Assembly (NCBI GenBank): GCA_002328805.1
Contig: DCVX01000032.1
Span: 1-43,658, forward strand
Length of the DNA stretch: 43,658 nt
Reading direction: 5' to 3'
From: Candidatus Dojkabacteria bacterium UBA2177
GTDB taxonomy: Bacteria; Patescibacteriota; Dojkabacteria; SC72
Below are positions 17,701-24,100 of the stretch, piece by piece. A model generated the notes under the pieces. The model had not been told where the DNA came from and searched no databases. It was given only the letters and a program-made list of their open reading frames with translations. The number at the start of each line of letters is the position of its first letter. Positions within the stretch are counted from its first letter, which is position 1. A program made the position numbers and the translations under genes.

Positions 17701-18939
17701 AGTCAAAGGATATATGTACAGCATCAAAAGAATGAGATTGCCAAGGATGGTAAATTAGCAGGACCAACAATAGCGAATCGTGTCCCAGGCTTTCTTGCTA
17801 AGTCTACATATCTGGTACCTGGTCTAAACAAGAGCAGAATGGTTGGTTTTGCTGCTTTAGAGAAATACAAAGCGCAAACTAAGGAAAGTAAATATATTCA
17901 AGATTCAGATTTTTACGTAGTTAGAGTTAAAGAAATATCTAAAAAGAAATTAGATAAAAAAATCTCTTTCTTTGACATTGAACTGGCTAAAAATCATCTC
18001 TTTGTCCATTCATTGGGAACTATTACCCATAATTGTTGCCGACTCAGAATCGACAACAGAGAACTTAAGAAAAGAGGTGGTGGCCTCTTTGGAGCCAATC
18101 CTCTTACAGGTAGTATTGGTGTTGTTACAATTAATCTTCCTCGTATAGGTTACTTGAGTAAAGATAAGGAAGAATATTTCAAGAGACTAGATGAACTTAT
18201 GGATTTGGCTAAGAAGAGTCTTGTTATTAAGAGAAAGTTTATTGAGAGATATATAAATGCTGGGTTATATCCATACTCACGCTTCTATTTAGACAATATC
18301 AAGAAGAGGTTTAAGGAATATTATAAGAACCACTTTAATACTATTGGAATACTTGGAATGAATGAGTCTATGATTAATTTCTTCAAAGACAAGGAGAAAG
18401 GAATTGCCTCAAAAGAAGGAAGAGAATTTGCCTTGGAGATTATGGATCATATGAGAGAAAGGTTAAAGGAGTATCAGAAAGAAACTAACAGTTTGTTTAA
18501 TTTAGAAGCTACCCCTGGAGAAAGTACTACTTATAAGTTTGCAAAAGCAGACAGAAAAAAGTTTGGTAAAGATATAATTACTGCTGCGGAAATTGGTGCA
18601 CAGAAATCTAAGACCCCATACTACACAAACAGTACTCATCTACCAGTTGGTTACACAGATGACATTTTTGAAGCTTTAGATTTGCAGGATGAATTCCAAA
18701 CTAAATATACAGGAGGAACAGTTGTACACCTCTTCCTCGGAGAGAAGATGCCAACTGGAGAATCTGTCAAAAACTTGGTAAGAAAGGTTTGTGAGAATTA
18801 TTCTCTACCCTACTTCTCCATAACTCCGACTTTCAGTGTCTGTCCCAATCATGGTTATATTTCTGGAGAGCATGAGTTTTGCCCATCATGTGACCAAGAA
18901 GCTGGCTATGAAGAAGGAATGCCTTTTTATGAGAAATAA
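14701..18939 (+). CDS. nrdD: Anaerobic (class III) ribonucleoside-triphosphate reductase large chain, precursor with two inteins; ORF lacks the glycyl-radical loop
   Basis: The N-terminal ATP-cone reads FKVKKRDGRIVEFQKERL. Extein motifs are NVPTRVGCQ/TPFTNITMD, RSM/CCRLRIDNRELKKRGGGLFGANPLTGSIGVVTINLPRIG and YYTNSTHLPV. The C-terminal Zn site is CPNH...CPSC. After removing inteins of 320 and 405 aa, 687 aa remain. Confidence 0.93.
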   Translation: MSAQKTAKMFKVKKRDGRIVEFQKERLATGIFKAAESVGGEDRERANEIADEVVRRLKEKYSGKEYVTTKKIAAVTTQTLIDMGHGKTSVAFELFVDLKNQVKNIKSLIDADTLVSGYIDKVDWQVNENSNMAYSWQGLNHYISSTVQANYWLHSIYPKEISNANIDKDFHIHDLGMLATYCNGWSLEDLLLRGFTGVKGKISCAPPKHFSTALGQAVNFLYTLQHEAAGAQAFSSFDTYLAPFIRYDNLTYKQVKQKMQEFLYNMNVPTRVGCQCVSEDTQILTPKGWATYEDIKEGILIKTFNLETGEIENQKVESVFKGQYKGVMYNLKNRIQDQLISPGHRVVRKLFNSDKYILEPIEEVAKLKSPIVIPIAGDNTLNGHVDLSDEQLRLMAWIISEGSIGKNGKHRSCYRVSIYQSKLKNRKNYDEIKNLLNHFGFKYSETEKSGLGEPVVRFRINAEGSKTIHKWFGSKENVKSIPKDILNLNLEKSRLFLNTYIKGDGHESCKISTTSLEILNALQIVAVNAGYGFTVLTRKPTLGKKKIYVLRLIKHKNTYIQEITKVKYDGVIWCPHTKNETIIAKRNGKVFITGNTPFTNITMDLVPSGQLAEQGVIIGGEIQKEKYKDFEKEMAMLNRAFCEIMMEGDAQGRLFSWPIPTYNITKNFDWNNPKYKPVWEMTAKYGIPYFSNFMNSDMNPDDARSMCLHPEEEIVYKEGGNIKRGNIGDLVESHRGGEYDKDGWAKIKKNEGLEALSLDLESGKTEWVPIIRFLRIEDDELVKLTLEDGKEIRVSSKHLIPVLTKEGFKNKMAKDVDKNDYLLNLKQTDQFNTKYQKISKDIILDESVAKILGYFVADGNYLKESRKNMKLCGEPKGLQFTFNSKTKENLKEIKKLLKDCFNVSTKEKQDPRYNTYYLYVYDSMMARTLKEAGFEKYGRLPNILFNSPKTVIEAFLDYHFKGDGYEKREEVHINDLELARDLTLLYSLIGKPVTYKERGNSQRIYVQHQKNEIAKDGKLAGPTIANRVPGFLAKSTYLVPGLNKSRMVGFAALEKYKAQTKESKYIQDSDFYVVRVKEISKKKLDKKISFFDIELAKNHLFVHSLGTITHNCCRLRIDNRELKKRGGGLFGANPLTGSIGVVTINLPRIGYLSKDKEEYFKRLDELMDLAKKSLVIKRKFIERYINAGLYPYSRFYLDNIKKRFKEYYKNHFNTIGILGMNESMINFFKDKEKGIASKEGREFALEIMDHMRERLKEYQKETNSLFNLEATPGESTTYKFAKADRKKFGKDIITAAEIGAQKSKTPYYTNSTHLPVGYTDDIFEALDLQDEFQTKYTGGTVVHLFLGEKMPTGESVKNLVRKVCENYSLPYFSITPTFSVCPNHGYISGEHEFCPSCDQEAGYEEGMPFYEK
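15526..16485 (+). mobile_element. Intein 1 in NrdD (320 aa) with LAGLIDADG homing-endonuclease domain
   Basis: It begins CVSEDTQILTPKGW (block A) and has ISPGHRV (block B). The LAGLIDADG motifs are LRLMAWIISEGS and LFLNTYIKGDGHE. The end is ...WCPHTKNETIIAKRNGKVFITGN followed by +1 Thr. Excision restores RVGCQ-TPFTNIT, the conserved NrdD sequence. Confidence 0.85.
16819..18033 (+). mobile_element. Intein 2 in NrdD (405 aa) with LAGLIDADG homing-endonuclease domain
   Basis: It begins CLHPEEEIVY and has block B VSSKHLIPV. The LAGLIDADG motifs are KILGYFVADGNY and AFLDYHFKGDGYE. The end is FFDIELAKNHLFVHSLGTITHN followed by +1 Cys. Excision restores DDARSM-CCRLRID. Confidence 0.9.
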
Positions 18940-18962
18940 TTAAATTTTTATATATTTAAACA

Positions 18963-19103
18963 ATGTCTAACAAAAAAGTTCCAAGACAAAGATGCGAGGT
19001 TTATTCTCGTGTAGTTGGTTATCTGAGTCCTGTTTCTCAATGGAATGTTGGGAAAAAAGCAGAATGGTCAGATAGGAAAACCTACTGTATAAGTGAGGGA
19101 TAG
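18963..19103 (+). CDS. 46-aa stand-alone glycyl-radical peptide of class III RNR (detached NrdD C-terminus)
   Basis: This ORF is absent from the ORF track because it is under 60 aa. My translation is MSNKKVPRQRCEVYSRVVGYLSPVSQWNVGKKAEWSDRKTYCISEG. SRVVGY...WN.GK..E..DR is the NrdD glycyl-radical signature. The ORF sits 23 nt after the nrdD stop in a different frame and ends 4 nt before the nrdG ATG. Confidence 0.7.
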   Translation: MSNKKVPRQRCEVYSRVVGYLSPVSQWNVGKKAEWSDRKTYCISEG

Positions 19104-19107
19104 GCAT

Positions 19108-19803
19108 ATGCTCAAGATTACTGGTTTAGAAAGGTCTTCCCTTTTGGATTATCCGGGGAAGATCTCCGCAATAATATTTACTCATGGTTGTAATCTAAGG
19201 TGTCCTTACTGTCACAATCCTGAGTTGGTTATAGAAGGATTTAACAAAAGTGAAAGTTTTAGTGAAGATGATGTTTTAACCTTTTTAGAATCTCGAAAAG
19301 GAAAACTAGATGCTTTAGTGATAACTGGAGGAGAGCCTTTAGTGCAGAGGGATCTGCTTCCGTTCATAAAGAAAGTTAAAGATATGGGTTTCTTGGTAAA
19401 GCTAGATACTAACGGAACATTCCCAGACAAGCTAAAGGATTTTATCGAGACTGGCCTTATAGATTATATTGCTATGGATGTTAAGTATCCCAAGGTTGGA
19501 TATGTTAAGAACTCTATGATTCCTGGTGTAGCTAGGAAGATAGAGAAATCTATTAAGATAATCATGGATTCAGAATTAGATTATGAATTTAGAACTACCT
19601 ATGTTAAACCATTACATTCCTTTGAATCGGCTGAAGAGATTGGGAAAATGATTAAAGGAGCGAAAAATTACTACATACAGAATTTTAGACCAGGTAAGAC
19701 TATAGAACCTACTTTGACTAAAGAAAACTCATTCACAACTAAAGAGCTGGGAGAAATTAAAAAGACCATAGAAAAGTATGTAGAGAATGTTCAAATTAGA
19801 TAG
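19108..19803 (+). CDS. nrdG: Anaerobic ribonucleotide reductase activating protein (radical SAM)
   Basis: The radical SAM cluster motif is GCNLRCPYCHNPE (CxxxCxxC), with the SAM motif ITGGEPL. The ATG at 19108 has GAGGGA about 8 nt upstream and is preferred over the track's GTG at 19093. Confidence 0.9.
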   Translation: MLKITGLERSSLLDYPGKISAIIFTHGCNLRCPYCHNPELVIEGFNKSESFSEDDVLTFLESRKGKLDALVITGGEPLVQRDLLPFIKKVKDMGFLVKLDTNGTFPDKLKDFIETGLIDYIAMDVKYPKVGYVKNSMIPGVARKIEKSIKIIMDSELDYEFRTTYVKPLHSFESAEEIGKMIKGAKNYYIQNFRPGKTIEPTLTKENSFTTKELGEIKKTIEKYVENVQIR

Positions 19804-20443
19804 GATTTTCTAGAACTTTTATAACCTTCCCATTAAACATAACATCTGTGTCTTTATCCAGAAAGATTGGCTGATTAAGAGGATTAGTAGATTCTGGGTA
19901 AAGAGTTATCATGCCATCTCCCTTCTTAAATCTTTTAACAGTTGCACTATTCTCTATAATAGCGACTACAACATCTCCATCTTTAATTTCTGCATTTTTC
20001 TGAACTATTAGGTAACTTCCCTCCTCTATATTTTTACCTTCTACCTCTGCCAGATCCATAGAGTCGCCTTTAACAATTAGGGCAAAAAGGTCATTCTTCT
20101 TTTTTACTAACTTAGGATCTATCTTAATATGACCTAAGTTTTCCTCCTCTGCACTAACAAGCGGAGTTCCCGCATTGGCATACCCCAAGATAGGTACTCC
20201 AATTAGGTAGTCGTATACTATCTCCTCATCATTATCTACGATATGTATACCCCTTGGGTCTCCCGTCCTAATGATATACCCCTTCTTCTCTAAAGCAATT
20301 AAGTGGTTAACAACTCCTCTTTTTGTAGATATTCCTAAAAACTCCTGTAACTCACCCAAAGATGGAGCTTGTCCATTTTCTAGGTAGCACTGTCTTATTA
20401 TTCTAAGTACTTTCTCTTGCTTCTTTGTAAGTATACCTCCCAT
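19796..20443 (-). CDS. lexA: LexA repressor (S24 self-cleaving)
   Basis: The N-terminal winged HTH reads LTKKQEKVLRIIRQCYLENGQAPSLGELQEFLGISTKRGVVNHLIALEKKGYI. The C-terminal peptidase S24 has VKGDSM (Ser) and TVKRF (Lys). Confidence 0.9.
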   Translation of the reverse strand: MGGILTKKQEKVLRIIRQCYLENGQAPSLGELQEFLGISTKRGVVNHLIALEKKGYIIRTGDPRGIHIVDNDEEIVYDYLIGVPILGYANAGTPLVSAEEENLGHIKIDPKLVKKKNDLFALIVKGDSMDLAEVEGKNIEEGSYLIVQKNAEIKDGDVVVAIIENSATVKRFKKGDGMITLYPESTNPLNQPIFLDKDTDVMFNGKVIKVLENPI

Positions 20444-20605
20444 CTTCTCTCTGTGATTTATAATTTAATAAGACAGTATACCCCTACGCTCAAAAGGTAT
20501 ACAAGTACCTATAGAGATAATTTGAAAAAAATCTCTCTTGCATAAAGTTATCTTTAATATTATACTGTAATTGTATATATTAATTTAAAATCTCTATTTA
20601 TTATT

Positions 20606-20956
20606 ATGGCAGAAGAAAAACAAGCTAAAAAAGTCTATACATTAGAGGAGATTAAATTCAATGAGGCGGGTAAGATTAAGGCTATTTTAGCCTGTTTCCC
20701 TTTGATTGGATTAATCCTTTTCTTTGTTGAAAAAGAAGACAAATTTGTGAGATATATGGCTGCTCAATTTGCGATTCTTGGTGTTGCTGAATTTGTTTTA
20801 AGCATAATTCCGGTTATAGGGTGGATATTATCTATGCCTGTTATGATATTAATATGGGTTGTAATAATTCTTGGTATGGTTAAAGCTTCCAAAGGTGAGA
20901 GATTTGATATCCCTATAGTTTCTCCATGGGCTTTGAAATTAATGGGTGCTTTCTAA
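20606..20956 (+). CDS. Small integral membrane protein, DUF4870-like
   Basis: 116 aa with 2-3 TM helices. The pattern ACFPLIGLILFFVEKEDKFVRYMAAQFAILG ... KGERFDIPIV resembles the DUF4870 family. The gene is followed by a strong terminator. Confidence 0.6.
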   Translation: MAEEKQAKKVYTLEEIKFNEAGKIKAILACFPLIGLILFFVEKEDKFVRYMAAQFAILGVAEFVLSIIPVIGWILSMPVMILIWVVIILGMVKASKGERFDIPIVSPWALKLMGAF

Positions 20957-20981
20957 TAAAGTCTTAAAAAGATTTTTAATG

Positions 20982-21007
20982 GGGGAGAGATATTCTCCCC
21001 TTTTTTT
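20982..21007 (+). terminator. Rho-independent terminator
   Basis: GGGGAGA (20982-20988), loop GATAT, TCTCCCC (20994-21000), followed by TTTTTTT (21001-21007). Confidence 0.78.
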
Positions 21008-21034
21008 AGATATTATGATAAAATTCATAAGCTT

Positions 21035-21108
21035 CGGGGAGTAGTTCAGATGGCTAGAACGCTGCGTTTGGGACGCAGAGGCCGCAGGTTCAAGTCCTGT
21101 CTCCCCGA
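21035..21108 (+). tRNA. tRNA-Pro (anticodon UGG)
   Basis: It folds by hand into a cloverleaf. The acceptor is CGGGGAG/CTCCCCG plus discriminator A. The anticodon stem is CTGCG/CGCAG with loop TTTGGGA (TGG at 21069-21071). The T-arm is GCAGG-TTCAAGT-CCTGT. No CCA is encoded. Confidence 0.92.
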
Positions 21109-21139
21109 TTCGTTTCATCAGTTAATCACGTGTGAAGTT

Positions 21140-24100
21140 TTAGTTCCCTCTTCTTATGCTCATTATTTTGTCGATGTCTAAATGTGGTTTGGCTTTCTCT
21201 CCTACTACAGTACTGGCAGATATCCTTTGTTCAGTATCACCTGGTATTGGCCAATTATATTCAAGGTTCCCTTCTCCAAGTGCTCTTAATCGCATTATCG
21301 GTTGTGCTCTTAGTGTAACTGTGTCACCCTTATGAATTTGATTTAGATCTGCCAAATTCTTAAAAAGCCTCATCGTTTTAACATTCCCTCTCTTATCCCT
21401 AACCATTAAATTACAATATTCGTCTCCATCATTCTTCACACCATTAGACCTACTCACAACCGTTAAATCTTCAAACTCAATCATTAACCCTGGCATATTA
21501 ACACCATATGGGTTAGTTTGCTTATACATGCTTGCAGCAATAGTGTCCGCAACATCAAAAGTGTTTACATACTCTCTGTAATCACCTAGATATCCCCATC
21601 CTTCCTCTTCTAAGCTCTGTGCTGTTCTCTCTATAACCTCTTCCACTTTAACAATTCCTGCGTCTGGATTCTCTATCTCATACTTTAAGAATATTGGGTC
21701 CAGAACCTCATGCAACTTCTCTTTTCCTCCCTTAACTTCCCACGTTCCTCCTGCAGCTTCTGGATGCCCACCATGTGCCAGTATTTTTATTCCTGGGATT
21801 TCGTTTATTGCCAACCCTAACTGAACCATATCTGCAGCAACGTTTCCCTTAGCTGGTAATCTGAAAGATACACTGTATCTTCCTGCAGTACCATTTGTTT
21901 CTGCTTTCTCCTCAACTATAACCATCGTTGGCTTTTCATACCTACCTGCAAGCTGACCCGCTATTAAACCTCTAAGACCCTTTGTGGGATCTACATACTT
22001 TCGTCCTTCAAGTTTAGTTATTATTATTGGTTTTTCCAATTCACCATGGTTATTATCTAAATCCTTAGCTATCTGTTCAAAAAGTTCCTCTCTTCTCTCG
22101 ATAGAAACCTCCTGAGCATAAACAAGTGTATGTCTATGTCTCCTTGTAGTCTCATTGTCACTTCTACGAATACAAAAATCTGCAGCTTCTGTCCAGAACT
22201 CCTTGGCTCTCTCAGACCTTTCCTCTTTCCCTCTTCTATACATAGCATTAACAAATGCAGAAACTCCATGGGTGAGTAATCTAGACAGATGCCAATTAAC
22301 AGACTTAATATGCGTCCCTCTTAGAGACGTCCTAATAAGTCGTAAGATTTCGGGCTGTATGCGTTTCAATTCACTCTTTTCTTGTCCAGTTGCTTCCCAA
22401 TAATCATCTGTGAATTTCTCTATTGCATTCATTCCGTTTCTTACAATTGCTCTGTTCTCTCTCCCCTTCCCTAAATCAACAGAGCCTCCGTCTCCTAGTG
22501 TTGCTGTAGCTTCTGTTAAATTAATAAATTCAAACCCATATGGACCATATTTAAAGAAGGAATCAACAGCTCTCATCTCCATAGGTGTAAGCCTCTTCCT
22601 CTTTTGTAATCTCTCTATTACTTCATTCCAAATTTTGTTTCCTTCATATCTAACCTTTGTTCTCTTATCTGGGACTTCTCCTGTTCTTGGGTTCTCTGGA
22701 ATACCACCATTTTCGTCATACCCTTGCTCAATTAGGTCGAACAGATGAATCTTTAAGTCTCTCAAGTTTAGAATCTTGTCAGGATTGTCGTCAGGGAGTA
22801 ATGCTCTTTGAACGATATCTGTTAAATTTATAGAGAAACTACCGTCTATTGCCTCAATCTCGGCAGTCCTATCTATTTCAGTAGATAATTTAAATAGTGT
22901 TGGTAAAATATATTCTTCCTTTTCATCTTTTGGCAAAAGGAAGAACGATTTGGGAAGTCTTTTTGCATAATCTAAGTAAAAGCGAAGTTCTCCTTTACTA
23001 AGAATATCACTCTCTGTAACTTCTTCTATTCTTCTTTTGTAAAGAGTGTCTATTTTGTCGATGGTCCGATTACTTACGGAATCTTTATCTAGAGAAAAAC
23101 TTTCTTCCTTTATATAGCTGAGAAAATCTTCCTTGTTGTTTATAACTAGCCCCCATTTTGCCTCTAGTTCTTTTAGTAGTGTGATGCTCTCCTCTTGGCT
23201 TAAACCGTTCTGTTTTATTCTAGTTACATAATGTCCAAGGGAGCTGACAGATTGGTTAATCCTGGAGGTTATCTTGTCCATCGGGGCCTTCTCCATCCAG
23301 AGTCCTTCTAAAGATAACTCTATATCCGTATCCTCGTCTAGCATTATATGTATCTCTGTTGGCAGAGGTAAATCCTCTGTGCTCTCCTTTGAACCTTTAG
23401 ATACAATTTGAGCAAGCTCTCTATATTTATTCTTGCGTGCTTCAGCATCAAGAGAATAAATTTCTGTTGCTTCTTCTCTGACAATCTCCTCATCTGTTAA
23501 TAGTTGGAGAAACCTTTTAATTACTTTCCCCGTCGTTACTGTGCCTACTATGTCTGATTCTGGGTAACAAGTATATTTTCTTTGTACCTTGTTAATCTCT
23601 TCGATATTGACCTCTCCCTTATCATTTGGTTTTAGGGCTAGTTTCATCTCCTCAATAAATTTCTCTTCGTAGCCATTGCGAACCCATTCGGGATTAACCA
23701 TTATTACATCCTCATTATCTCTGAAGTATTCAATAGCCTCTATTGAAGGTGTATGGTGATCACATACAATTATTTTCAAATCAGGGAATCCTTCTAGGAA
23801 GTAAACTAATGGAGCATAATCACTAAGTGATTTGTATTCAGGTTTTTTGTTGTTAGAATCATCGATATATGTCTTCCCAGTTGTAAACCTTGTTTCAAGG
23901 AGCTCTGTTAAGTCTAAATCTTTGTCATCCTTATGTTCGTTAATAAACCTTGTTAACTTTGTTTTAATTTGTCTCTGTACGTGCTTTGTCAAACTGCTAA
24001 AACCTTGTATCCCTTCTATGTTTTCTCTAAAGAATAGAAGGTCCTCTATAGATTGGACACCGTTCTTAATTAATGAAAAGGTTTTGGTATCTTGTTCACT

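Noticed and set aside
18937-18965. Simple sequencing frameshift or stop-codon read-through joining nrdD to the glycyl-radical ORF
   Set aside because: The two ORFs are in different frames. Each frame is closed by its own TAA in the 23-nt gap (18937-18939 and 18957-18959), so a single indel or read-through cannot fuse them. I kept this as a finding that still needs read-level verification.
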